A stretch of DNA of 64,000 nt from Trichoplax sp. H2 (Eukaryota). Below, one piece after another: positions 38,711-53,200 of this stretch (position 1 is the stretch's first letter; each line of letters opens with the position of its first letter). The notes beneath the pieces are model-generated. The model did not search any database and was not told where the DNA came from. It saw only the letters and a program-made list of their open reading frames with translations. Location of the stretch: NCBI GenBank assembly GCA_003344405.1, contig NOWV01000135.1:62001-126000 (forward strand), given 5' to 3'. The position numbers and the translations under genes were made by a program.

Positions 38711-41700
38711 ATGGTTCGAGGAAACAGAGGGGAGAAAAAAAAAAAAATGCCCAAAGAAGGCGCGGTTGGACTGCCTCACAATCCGACAGTCATCAAGATT
38801 TCTCCTAATAGTAATGATTCTCATGCTGAAAGTATGCCTTGAAAGCTTAATTTTGCAGAATGCTATTGCCGCTCACTTATTGACTCTTTTTATTCAAGTG
38901 ACTAGCGTGACTGGATGTTGGAGAGTAATTGAGTTTATATATATATATATACACATCACTTTTAAATACGATCACACACACTTTGTTAGACGGTTTAATA
39001 TAGGGATGCAATACAGTTACACAATGGCTAGGCAGCAAGATGATCACCAATATTGTATAGGCCAGTGATCGATCTCGTCCACAGTTTTAATGGCGAATAC
39101 AACATGGAGGGACATTTTCTTGTTACCGAAATCACACGCTATGACTACCACTACAGTAATCTCCTTTCGAACGCTCCATTGGATAAATGAAAGCTTCAAC
39201 TAGCGATCCCATAATCTACTTTCTAACCCCTCCATTCGATAAATCAAAGCTTGAGCGAACGATCCAATCGTTTTCATCTTGGACAGCGGTAGTTTGGGGA
39301 TCATGATAGAATACGATAGAAATCTCAATATTTGGACACTTGAAATACATGGAGGATAATCTCCACTTGAATGTCGATACCACCAACAAGAATGATACTA
39401 TCCCATCCATATCCCTAATATAGCAATGGAAAGGAGTTCATTTCTCGATCATAGTGCTATTGCATTCACTGAAGAAGCCATGCTTCCAATAGCATTTCAT
39501 ACAAATACAAAACAATCTTTAACGTAGTAGTACACAACATGTTAGAACACACGATGAGAGTAGTTGATCGAAGACCGGATGTCAAAATTGTTATCACTAT
39601 AACACCTTTGATTGCTTGCGACTGATCTTTCTTTCCATCCTTACTAACCTAAAATCATATCACGTAGGTCAATTTACCTCCCTGCAGTTCAAGAAGTACG
39701 AGATGCTTTTCTAAATGATGGCTTTATACCTACAATACACAATAACCTGTAGCTTAAAAGACAGATCATTGCTATAGTACTACAGCTAATAGATGTGACA
39801 ATTTTAAACGAAGATACAGCATCTTGTTTAGATAACCTAATATTCTGGCAATTTGGACATCACCGTGATTGATATCTTGACCGTAATAACTACTGCCATC
39901 TTGAAAACGATCGTCAGTGAATGATCAATAATCTTGCCTCCTTCTTCTATTCATATAGGAAATATCGCAGAAATACAGGCATGCTTACAAATGATACGGA
40001 TTGAACGAATGAGGGTAAGTCAATTATTCACAGAAATTTTTCTGAATTTTTTCCTCCCTTCTTCCGAACTTGAATGAAGCTCTCTACCTTACTGATTAAG
40101 TTGTAAAATGTCAAGCAATGATATAAAGAGTTTGCGTATAAACGACTCTTCCTACTCTAACCTATATTTAAAAGAAGCAATGGATTGTGAATCCAACGTG
40201 ATAAAATGATTCGCTGGAGCATCGTTGTCATCAAAACAACGTACTGTAATGACCGGGTATATTTCAATGCTTCATTTCATATCCATCAATGCAGTTTTAA
40301 CATATTATTAATCAAGATTTGGATAGCAATGTTGTTATTGTTATCATAATACTTGCCCTTCCTGCCATACTTTATTCTAATTTGTCCAAATCACACACGA
40401 CTTTCTTGACGCCTTCCATAGAAAAGTAAGTCGATGAAAAGGAACTTTTTTTATCTAGTCTCGCAGCCAGGCTACTTTACCTAAATGCCTAATGATCAAA
40501 CACATCCCAACTTAATCACTTCCTGCCACGGTCCATCAGCTCATTTAATCAGTTGTTATAGATAGCAAAGATAAAAAAGCGTGGAAGCCAAAATCCACTA
40601 TGCACTTATTTGTTGTCATCGTTTGGACATACTCCCTTCTTAATTAGAGTAAATAAACAAATGATTCAATATCTAGACTTGTATGTTAATTCGTCATTTT
40701 TTTGGATCGGTATTTTCATTCCCCTGGAATCGACACAATACTCACTTGACTGGCGATCATCTTCACTTCCAACTTACTCAAACTATTGCTTTGCTTGTTG
40801 GAGAAGCAAAATTGTAATGCTGCTAATAATAATACCAATAGCGAAAATGGTGGTACTTCTTCTACTCAAAACTTGGGCTTGCCTGATGAATACGCTAAAT
40901 TTTTTTCAAGTAAGCTGGCACTTGTAGTTGGTCATTTGGTATACTTGTAAAACAAATTACCAGGCATTTTTTTCCTGTTTCATCGATATAAAAACAAATT
41001 AGTGATTATTAATTATACTGTATATTTTATTCTTGCTTCCTCTGATATCTTAAAAATATCTTATCAGTTGAATAGGATACCATCTATTAATAAATAGAAT
41101 TAGCAAGACTTACACATTATCGAAGAAGAGTATCTTTTTGCAAACAGTTCATTTATCTATCCAGCTTAACGCCTAATAAACTACTGTAGTGAACGCGTAC
41201 AATTGTACAGTTTACACCATCGAGGAATGGCATCATTTTCATGCTGTTGTTCGTCCTGTACAGTAACTCTATAACTACTACTGTAAAATCTAAATCCAAT
41301 TCTCAACGGCATTTGCAACTTGATATAGTCATTGTGAATTCGCTTAAACAATTGCTAATAGAGTTTCTATCACAATTTTTAGCATTGACTTACGTAATTT
41401 CACGACTTAGACCAAAATTGATTTTATTTTACTCCTTGGTATGATAAAGCTAAGAAGGAATAGTACCATTATAAAAATAATCATTTCATGTTTTTTCTTG
41501 ATTAACTGAAGGAGACTGCGATGGGACCGGTTCGCCAATTTGTCAGGATCCCAAGGTAACTTCTAAATTCAGCCGTAACGACAAATATTAATTTCAATTC
41601 AATTCTTTCAAATGGATGCCATATCAGTACTTCGCATGGTATCGACAGTAGTGCGTGTAAATAAATATCCGACATCATGCAATCCTCCAATTAATTGATT

Positions 41701-42040
41701 CACCTTCTTTAGTCATTTATCATCAAATTAACTTCCATCACCCACCACCATATACTGTATTTATTATTCTTAATTAGTGCTAAAACCTGACCAAGATATG
41801 ATTAACCTTATCTTGATATAATATATGATTATACAGCATATAAACCTTTGTCATTTTTGTACTATTTTTATAGGGAATCTTGGAACTGTTAGGAGGTATG
41901 ACCGTTTACAACAATATTAACTTTCAAAGTGAATAATTTCTTTAGCAAAAATATCGTGTTATCAAAATACTTAATCAGCAAGTGATCACGATGATTACTT
42001 GCGAGTTTCTTACTGTTTATAACACTTGATTAAATCAGCA

Positions 42041-45000
42041 ATGAAAGATATTTCACAACATTTATCTGTTACAGCCACAAGCAGCAAAAGCTTTTCACAC
42101 TATGAAGATATCAAGGATATAGACAAAATTGAGATGTAAGAGTTGAAATTTTTAACTTTTTCACACCATCATAATTATAACCTGTGAAATCAACATCAAA
42201 CCCTAACAGCCTCAAAAAAGGGCATAATAGCACTAAATCTCTGCGGGATAGGGAGGTAAAGTCAGCTGGAAGAAAATGTTTACATGTTGAGCTGGTACTT
42301 AAGCTAATTATTATATATTGTATTATATTCCAAACGAACAGTATCAAAGAAAGACCACAAAAAAGGAAAGAATGGATGCAATTACTGTAAGATTTACGTT
42401 TTATCTCAACACGATCCTTTGAAAGTTTTGAAGATAATGTAAATATCATCTATTTCAATGCTATTGATTAGGATGCTAAACAACAAGCAGAACGGCAACT
42501 TAATATTAGAAGTGATACAGTGAAAAAAGTAAGAGATATTCTGTAGAGTTTAGCCTTACAGCTCATCAGGCATAGAATATTTAGTTACCTTACGATAGGC
42601 TACAGCTCCTTGGTTGTCGACTTTGTTAAACTTTGCAATTATAGAGCTATATGTATTGTCAATAGATATGATATCACCAAAAGATATGTTTTAGTATTGA
42701 CTTCAATGCCTGTTATAAGTATATCCTCGTATAATAAACTTTTAAATCATAGCAAGTCACCAAGAAAGCTAAACCTGTTGTCCCTGTTGCAAAAGTAAGA
42801 AAGATATTTGTAATTGAACATTTTATATTATATTTTTTTAATGCTTGTAAACAGTTTGGATTAAATGATGACAAAGGATTAATCCTATTTCCTTACGTTT
42901 ATTACATCCAAACTAGCCTAAACCGAAAACTAAGAAACAACTTAAAGCTGAACAAAAAAGGCGTGAAAAGGTAAAAATCCTATGACTGTTAATTTAGATA
43001 GGTTATGGACTTGCTAACGATATCTATTATTCTATATTTATACTTAGGAAATGGCTGAAATAGCCAATAAATTAGAGGAAAAACAAAAAATCGATGAAGA
43101 AAAGGCTAAAGTAAAAAAGCAGGTAATGATTTTTATCAATAATGTACATTTTAAATCTATCAATCAATGCAAATTTTGATTACGCTTGCTCCAATTTGCA
43201 TCTACGGCTATCAAATAGCGAGAAGAAGAAAAGCAAAAATTATTAATGGAACAAGAAAAGTTGCAAAAGAAAAAATCTACGACAGCAAAACGATCAGAAA
43301 TAGAAGAAAAGTCAAACATGTAACTGTCAAACCATGTGTTTTTGTCCACATTTAAAATAAGGACATTAATAACTAGATATTATTTTAGGTTGATAAATGG
43401 CATTCTTTATGCCAATAGAAGTAACATGTACTTTCTTAACTTTTATTAGGGAAGATGCAGAAGATACAACTATCAGGTTTCCGTCAATATTTAATTGCAT
43501 GCTGCTGTGTACATTGTTTTACATGCACTCAATTTGTCCTCTCGATGTGCATATGCTTACGTTATTCCTTTTAATAACAGTGAAAATAAAGCAGCAGCAG
43601 TATTAACTTTGGAACAAAATAGTAAAAGAAATACTAAATCAAATGATTACACTAAACCAAATAACGAAAGTAATACTGATAAGGAACCATGCAAAGAAGT
43701 ATGCATCAGTCATTTTATTTTTACTTAATTAGTTAATAAAAAATCGACTAAAACTTCTTTCAATTCTCTAGGAGGTTGATCAGTTACTAGCTAACGGAAA
43801 TGGTATGTCAAGTTTTACGATATCATATTTACCTGAAAAACTTGTGTTATCTATATTATATTTACGATTGTTGAATTTTACAGATATAAATGAAGATGAA
43901 AATAAACCTTCGGTAAAACAATGGCTAATATAAAATACCCATTTACATGTTTATTTATTAAGCCTATTTATATTTCTTTCTTAGACATCACATTTATATA
44001 AAGATCCGCGAAATAAAAAAATCCCCTCTCAACGATATCAAGCAAATAATTCCACCCAAACAAGTAAGAATCTCATAAATGTCTTTAATTAGATATTACG
44101 TATTACTATATATAGCATTACATACTGTAAATTTGAGTAACTTGATTTTTTTTAGTGCTCATAATTGAGCAATAACGTTGTATAATTTTCTTTGCCTTAG
44201 CTACGACGAAAAAGAAGACAAATTACAGAAATAATTATGATAACACAGCTTATAGAAATAATGAAGGCCGTAACGAAAGGTACTACTACAACGATGAAAC
44301 AGCTAATACGAATTGGAATGATGAAAGACAAGATAAAACTAAAAATTATAATACTAGCAATCTAAGAGATAAAGGGCATAACACGGTTATGACCTCAAAG
44401 AATAATAATGACCTTAGAGGAAGAAGGGTGACACAGGGCTTTAACAATTACTGTGGTAGCGAAGACAAAAGCGTTAATAAAGTAAAAGGTGACAGGAAGA
44501 GCAATCCTCAGTTAACACATTCGATAAGAAGTGGGGATAATTACCCTTCACCTACTGAAAATTATAACGATCGGGTTGGAAGTAGTGATAAAAATACGAA
44601 AACTATCTATAGTAACCATCCTGTGAATCCGTATGTGAAAGGGCATCCAGAAAGAACCACAAAAGTTGAATGTGATAACAATGAAACTGATGTTGACGGA
44701 TGGATGGTGGCTTCCTCAAAGAAAAAAGTGAGGCAACTATAAACTGTGTTGAGGATTTGGCTATTCTTTCCTAATATTTAATATTACGTTATTTTTAGGG
44801 CTATAAAACTTCTCAGCCAAGTCAATTAGCTAATGTTGATAGTCAACAGTTGAAAACATTAATTGATATGGGATTCAAGGTAGAATATCATTTTATTACT
44901 ATTTTTTACAAAAAAAATTTAAATTTATTACAAAATCACTCGCAAGCAGCTACATTATACATATGATCCCAACAAAATTGGTGTTTTAATGTTGATTAAG

Positions 45001-47894
45001 ATTTAATCTTTATATTTGTAGAGGGAGAATGCTAATGAGGCTTTAAAATTAAATCATATGGATGTAGAAGCATCAGTAGGTAAATGAGAATACTCCTAAT
45101 GACAATATTAAGTGATCCTATGTAGCTAACAAAATTTTACGTAGTAATTAATCTACTGCTTAATAATTTTTAGCCTATCTGCTATCAAGAAACTATAAGG
45201 ATGATAAGGAAACAGCCAGTAGCACACGTGAAGATCTTTCCTCATCTCCCACAGCCTTTGCTACGGAGATGCAGACAGAAGTAAATAATAAAGGACATGA
45301 GCCTGTCAACGTAATATCAACAGATGACGAATCGGGAATGATTACTGAGCGCCAAGAAAGCAGTGATGCAGCAGAAAATAGTAAATACGTTGGTGTTGAT
45401 CCTTTAGAAGAATTAAGTAGATCTTCTGTTGATAGTTCAGCAAACGACTATGCAAATATATCGAACACGTCATCGCCTCAAATTGCGACGATCGTATCTA
45501 AACAACCTTTGAGACAGGTGCCAGTACAACAACCACAAGGACTTGTTCCTCCAGAAATATTAGCTTTATCACAAGGAGTACTGCAATTACAAAATATGCG
45601 ACAGATTATATTACAACAGATCACCCAGCAGCAATCTGGAAAGGCAACATTAACTCAACAATCACAATTACATAATTTAGTTATTGAAATACAAAGACGG
45701 CAATATACAATTATGCAATGGCAAATATCAAATCAAATACCATCGCCAATAATTCCACAAGAAAATCAGACAGGAAGTTTATTGCCTAATACAACTATGG
45801 ATATGCATTTACATGAACCAGTAACGCGAGATGTATCATTAAATAACTACGCACCTAATACTAATTCTACCACTAGAAGAGATATTAGTATTAATAGTTC
45901 TGACAACGAACAATCGCAGCAATTCTATTCAAATTCAAAAACCGAATCTCGAAATTTTAGCCATGGTGTTGACGATTATCAAAACGTTCAAAAACTAAAA
46001 GATAATACTTCATCAACCTATCTCTCAAGTCATGATCCAAATTCTCAGGATACCAACGTATTTAACTTACCGAATATAAATAATTTATCAGGCTCAAGAC
46101 CAAACCATAGCAACACAATGAATAGACGAGAAGAAAAAAACGCGTTATATTCACCATTAAATAGTAATGCAAATAATAATAGTAGTAATAATAATAATAA
46201 TAATAATAATTATAATAATACAATACGTAGTCCAGCTATGGAAACTCGAATAGGAGGCTCTTCTCATCCAGAGAAATTGCCAACAAAATCGACTCGAACG
46301 TTGGATGTAAATGATATTCCAGATAATAATATTATGGACTCGTCAGAGGGATGGTATAAAGACTTATCGAACAATGTAAACTGGACACAAACGCCACCTT
46401 TCGATGATGACAATACCAATGCAACAACAGCAACGGCCCAAAAAATGGCATCCATATTGGCTAAAGGCGAAATCCGCCCATTTGAACCTGGTACTCCTTG
46501 GAAGCCTATTAATGAAGTTACGGAAGAATATTTTAACGCTGATATTCATACAATTAATGAAAGAACTTCAAATAATAATCTGGAATATTCTTTGAGTGAC
46601 CAACGAATGCCTATGCAAAGTATTCAAAATGATATTAAAACTTCAACAATTGATAATTTGCAGCCAGGGTTGCATTCATGGATTGAAAATACGCGAACTA
46701 CTGACAGTGACAACAACAACAACAAAATTGCTTCATTACCACCTGGTTTATCATCTGCCGCAAATCCGTTATCTTCCCATATGAGTTCAAATCAAATTGC
46801 TGCAACTACAAATACTTCTGTAAAAAGCAAGGCCCAAGAATGGTCGAGTTTTCCAGCTGTGTCTAATCTAATGTTTTCTCATAACTTGAATAACTTAAGT
46901 TCTAATGAGAAAGATTTAGAAAATATATGGTCAAATGCTGAAGAATCGATGTTCCCCAATGATTCTAATGTTAAATTCGGTATTACTAATAATGATAATA
47001 AAAGTAAAACACAATCAGGTTGGCCATCAAGTATCACGCAAGAGTCTAGTTTTACTAAAGAATCTGTAGTTAATATTGAAAATAATAATCTCTCAAGTTG
47101 GCCGTTAGATGCTTCGCAACCATCTAATTTCTCTAGTGATTTAAATATTAAACCTAACAAAAGTAGTAGCAATAGCATCAAAAGCCAATCTGGTTGGCCT
47201 TTAGAAAATGAAAATCTATCATCAGAATTCATTTCCAAACCGAATGTTATGCCATCGTTATCGATTCTTATAAAGGGATTTAGTTCACAGGTAAGCTGCT
47301 ATCTTTGTAAATTTGTAATATAATATATTATGGCTATCAAAATGTTAAGTTTGCTATACGATCATACTGTATAACTAATAATACACAAATAATCATCATG
47401 TACAGGTTGATGAGAACTTACTCCAAGCGCTCTGCTTACAACATGGTAGAATCACCGAATTCGTATTTGACCCTCGAAAGCGGGCAGTATTCGTTAGCTA
47501 CAGTAGCGTAGACGAGGCTGTAAGAGCTCAATCCAGATTGAACAATTGTAAGATTATGGATTCAACATTGGAAGCATCATTTCCACTAACTAAGATTCCA
47601 GCATCAAATGAACCAATAACGCCAACAGAAAGTGGGCATTCATTACAATGGAACCACTCATCAAGTGCGAATAATAATCCTCCTGAATTAAGTAGCTCTA
47701 CGAATTCAACTATGGCTATAAATAGCAATTATCGTGTTCTAAATCCTAATGGTAGCAGTCTTTTTCCCAATACAAGAAAGGAGGCGTGGTCGCATACGCA
47801 TAGTAAGCCAGTTAGGACAGTTGATGACACAAAGATATTTACTCCAAGCTCATTCTTGCAAGGCAGCCCATTTTATGATCAGCAACAATATTAA
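42041..47894 (+). CDS. TNRC6: GW182/TNRC6 (Gawky) family protein: K/E-rich N-terminus, UBA, Q-rich, PAM2, Trp motifs, RRM
   Basis: UBA: QLKTLIDMGFK|RENANEALKLNHMDVEASVAYLL (44799-45190). A Q-rich block follows. PAM2: EIRPFEPGTPWKP (46466-46507). GW182-type RRM: ILIKGFSSQ|VDENLLQALCLQHGRITEF..AVFVSYSSVDEAVRAQSRLNNCKIMDSTLEASF. About 14 phase-compatible exons link 42041 to the UBA. Small extra 5' exons (~41615-41638, 41874-41895) are possible. Confidence 0.88.
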
Positions 47895-50243
47895 AATTCG
47901 AAATCAGTCATCAATTAATAATTTTATTTGAAAGACTTTTCTAATAAACCAGCTATTTTCATTTTAATTGTGAGGATTTGTAAATTTTGTCTTTAAATAC
48001 AGCCGCATCAAACTGATTAATAGCGTATTTTTAAAATTTGACCCATTAAACTGTAGTATACTGTGTAAAATATCAGCTATCATAGTACGTAACCCACATT
48101 ATGTAACTGCATTGTATAGCAGTTTCTATGTCGTGTAGAATCACTGGACAACTTAAAATATTTCAGAATTGATGCATTTGAGTGCAACTCATTAGCTTTT
48201 TTTTCAGATAAATTCATCCCTACTGGGAATATCAATTTACATTTAGTGATTTTTAATTCTACAGTATATACTTTGCTTTATACCCAAATTTAGTTATAAG
48301 ATGGATGGTGAGACTGGCAACAATTTATATGGCAATGCAATTTGGGAAGTCATCACAGCTTTAAATTTGTAACAAAAGTAGAAACTAACTTCTCCTGATC
48401 TTATATACCTTCACCTAACTTAGTGAATATAATTCACTTTATATTTCTAAATTCTTCATAGTAAGTCTTCTTTAGCAAACAATAGTTATCGATGGTCATT
48501 TCTAGTCAACTATGTCCTATTATCTGTATATCGACCAATAATGAAAGACAATTGCAAATGTAAAATATCAAAAGAAAAGATTAAGTATATCAAACGTCGG
48601 GAATTAATCTATTAATTATAATTATAAAGTATCATGCAATCCGTTAATGGATGTTTCTTATTTACGTGGCCTGTACTGCTAGATAATTTTCCTTCGTAAT
48701 TTATGACAAACGGGGCAAACAGTAGTTACCTAATTTTATAAAACCATTTTATGTTGCAATGGCAAATGACGAATACCAAATAGCGACACTAGTCTAGACT
48801 TGATCATGTATTAAGTACTCAAGTCAAACAGTCTTAGCTTAACTTGTTAATTGTAGCCTGTACCTAACTATTCAATGATCTACTAACCTAACAATAGATA
48901 ATTTAATGCTCAATAGATGCACTAAGTATTCCATAATCATAGTACCTTTGATAACATACACCATTATATTTAGTGCCTAGAAATGATTGACCTGTCATTA
49001 AATGTTAATTCATACATTGAAACTTTAACGATAGACAAATATAATACGAGAAAGCCGAAATTTTTTAGATTCTGATCGGCCAATTCTAACAGAAATATAT
49101 TGATTACAGTAATAACAGAACATCAACGTGGAGTATAAACGAACCACCCTTGAAACAACACCGGTTACTTTTATTCAATGCTACCACAAAGGAGTTATAA
49201 AACTAATCAGCACACCAAACGTCAGAGAAAAAATTGCATTATGTTAATTTTGCATAGCAGCAATGAATATACTGTACATAAGTATGCTTTAATGAACACT
49301 TATAAGTGTTATAATAAAATAGTCGATACGTACAGATATGAAAATTAATTCTAAAATAGACATACGCGATATCAAGCGTGAAGATAATCAACAACAAATT
49401 TTTGTGTGAAACCCTGTCACATCTAGTGATCATAATTACAATTATTATAAATTCTTTCTTATACATTGTGCAGTAACTCTATCCTAGTAGGCAGATGATA
49501 ACTCCATAAGACAGTTCTGCATCTTGGAATTAATACAGCACTAGCTGCAAGTAATCAAACTTGTGATTAATAAATATCTTCTAAGGTGTATCAGATAACA
49601 TTGATATAATTGTCTCTATGTCAAAATAAAAATTATCTCTGGATGAATTTAGCATGCATAATTTAAATAAGAAATCATCCATATTATACTTTAATAGTAT
49701 AAGACCTGATGATTTTGTAGTCAAGTTGACTTCTTGACAAAACACTCTAGTGATCAAGTACTTATATTCAAATCGATGATACGGCTAACTAAAATGAGCG
49801 TTATAACACTATTTTCAGCTACTCTTTAAGCTAATTCATTATTATCTTCATAAATGTCAATAGAATATTTGCATATAATTGAAATTTTTCAACGAAATGG
49901 TAAGTTAATAAAATCGATACTGAATTATTTTTCTTTGCTTATGTATAGGAGCAAAACTATGGGCTAACAATCACTACGCATCGGCTAAATACTATTTTAG
50001 GCATTGGTGCTTATAAATGTGAATTTACCCAAATAGGACAATCTTCTTATGGATAGATAGTATAACAAGACAGATCATCATTATAAAATAAATTTTCGTT
50101 TATGTCAATGATAATCATATACGACTATACCAGATCCCTATGAAAAAGTTATAAAAATTGTGCTACAATCTGAGTAGTCGTAATGTGCTATATCGCCGTA
50201 TTACCCCATAAATTTGAAAGCGTTTAATTCTTGGAATTGTGAG

Positions 50244-53200
50244 TTAAGATATTGCTATTTCTGTCATTGTATTGCCCATCAATGCAATCTTATAATCTAT
50301 CATGTGAGGTAAAACGATAGTTTCCTATAAAGACATGATATCATAACAATAATTAATGTTAGACACGATACAAAATCGTTATTAGCGTAAATATTTATCG
50401 TCGTTGCTTTAAACTAACCTTAATTTCATGGCGCAATTTTTTCTCGATCCAATCTGTAATATTTGTCAATCTAACTTTACGTTCACCAAGTTTCGGTCTA
50501 ACTGACATCAATACAGTCGGATTGCCACGAAAACCGTACCTACAACAAGGTCAAATTTATTATTATCCATCGTTTAGCTTTATATCATTTTCCATAAAAT
50601 TTTTAATATCTATTTCATATTACTGTACAATTTAAAATATAAACTTGTATTGAACAACATACCGGTTATATAATAATGCATAGAGAGAGAGAGTGAGAGA
50701 GATTAAAGTAATGAAGTAATTTAATATGCAAGTATTCTACTAATACTTTTACAATCTGATCTTACATATACTTTTCAATTTTACTTCAACAAAACTAATG
50801 ACTACGTCGAACTTTAAATCAATTTTACATACCATAAACGATCCGATGGTGGAGGAGGGATATTAAGGGCTAAAATGCCAGTTACTGATTGGATCTCGAC
50901 AGCAAGAATTATTGGAATATTGGATACCCTTTCGGCAGCTTTCTGAGCTAGTCTTGAATTTGTTGCTTTTTGAACTATCTTGGATTTTCCTACTTTTTTA
51001 ATAAAGCGAGACCACCGACTATTTCCGTTGTGTTGTGAACTACCACTACTTGAGGAGCTAGATTGTTTCTCTAGAGTTGGATCATCCGCTTCATCATCAG
51101 ACGATTCAGAATCAGATTTATCTAGCCCTTGCAGTGTAAAAATTAAATCATTTTTGGATGGATCAGTTTCTTTCTTCGGATCGGTTACCTCCATTTCACC
51201 ATCTGGTTTTTGCCGTGTTATATTAAGACTAGTTTCTAGAGCTATAGTAAATGATCCATGATAGGAAACATCTAAATCGATCCATAATCCCCTTTCGTCC
51301 AGCGTAGGAGAAGAAGCACCACGAATAGCTGGTAATGAGCCACCAAGATCTAAATCAGTCACTATTAATTCTTTAATATAATTAGGTCGATTTAATTTGC
51401 TAATACGGCGCTGGATTATATTCACCATTTTATCCGACCAATACTTTTCACGCCAAAAATCAAAGAACGCCCTTCCAAGTAACGCATTTAACCACGATAC
51501 TACTGACGTTTCTACCGGATTCTTACCAGCTGCGGGTTGCTGTTGCTTACTTTTAGGCTTGTTATCCACTTGTAAAATTAATTTGGCCATATAACGCGAA
51601 TAATAAATTGCTTGCATCTCGGCGAAAGTTTTTGATCGGTTGGGTTGCACATTAGGATGGCTTGGGGGATATACTTTTGGTTCTTTATCGATTGGTAGTG
51701 TCTCTTCCTTTTTACTTTCTGTACCATATTGCAGTCGATAAAACCAATATTCCTTATCATGGCTTGTGGTTGCAAATAAATAGAAAGACCTATCCTTTTC
51801 GCTGTCGATATTTGGTGAAGGATCAACAGTAGGTAGTTGGACTTTACCACTAGCCGGTTGATATTCTAAAGGACTTTTATCAACAGCCGCAGTCGGTGCT
51901 CCTGAAAAGCTTTTCCCCTCAGCTAAAGTTATACAAATTGGGTATTTTTTACTCCATAATTTATTTTTACTTAATGTTTTTGGTATTAATTGTATCTTTG
52001 CATTGGTTATATCTAGTAATTTTTGATTCACAAAAGAGACATTCCACTTTTCAGGTTTAAAAGGTATTGTTAGATCATCACTTTGTGGCTTTGATAATCT
52101 TAGTACACTACCATCTAAACGAGCATAAATACAACGTAAATCAGTCTTGTAATGTTGATCTTGATCATATTTTCGTTTTCCGTACATCCATCCCTAAAGT
52201 TGAAAAAAAATACAGTAATTTATGTCGTCAGATAAGGCTCGTACTATTCCATGCAATGAAGTTAAAATGAACTTTTCACTTTAATAATTTATTAATATTT
52301 TCTCCTTTGAAATCATGTCGTCATTGCATATGGATGACTTAACACTATCATGATTGCTTGTCTTTTTAAAGCGAAATACTAAGCATTAAAATTTTTTTTA
52401 CGATATTAGAATATTAATACAACAACGAAAATTATGATTTCACGCGTATGGTATTTAACTCACGTTAAGCAATCAAATCTACTATCGACTAGATTTAGTT
52501 TTGCTAATTCTACTAGAAATGATTCATTTTGGATGTATTTTGAAAAATAAATTAAACGTATTACGGTACCCATTACTACTTTAATAGAACTACTGACACT
52601 GTAATTATTTCCGAAATAAGTATAGTCTATCCAGTCATATGAAAATTAATATTCAATAACGGATTATGATTGTTAATCATTCGATTGCAACTTTGTAAAT
52701 TTTTTTTTTTTTTCAATTTCTCCCTTCCTATTCTCTACACAAGTTGGTATATCGATAGATGTATGCGTATAGCCAGTCAGGCGTAGACGATGAAATATAC
52801 AGAAAAAAAAGAAAAATTAACTTACCTTAACTGTGGTTAACTGTTGTAATCGTGAAATGTAACTGTAATGAAATGGTGGTGGTCGCGGTGGAGGCCGACT
52901 TGTATCTTCAGGTGAAAATGATGGTAATGATAACCAGACAAAAAAGGATAGTAAAAAGTACATGACAAAAGCTCCTGTTAATAATCCGTGCCAAAAGGGT
53001 GATATTGGCAAAGCATAAATGCTATAGATACAAAATGATATTGCAAAGATCACTGTCGCCGATATATTGGAATGGTCGGTATTCGATATTGCCTTTGAAC
53101 GTGATTTATCCAGTAAAGTTGGTTTTTTGAATTGACCACCAAGGGATGGTGGTAAATTGGCTAGAAAGCCTGCATGGCTGGATGTAGGTAACTCAGCTTT

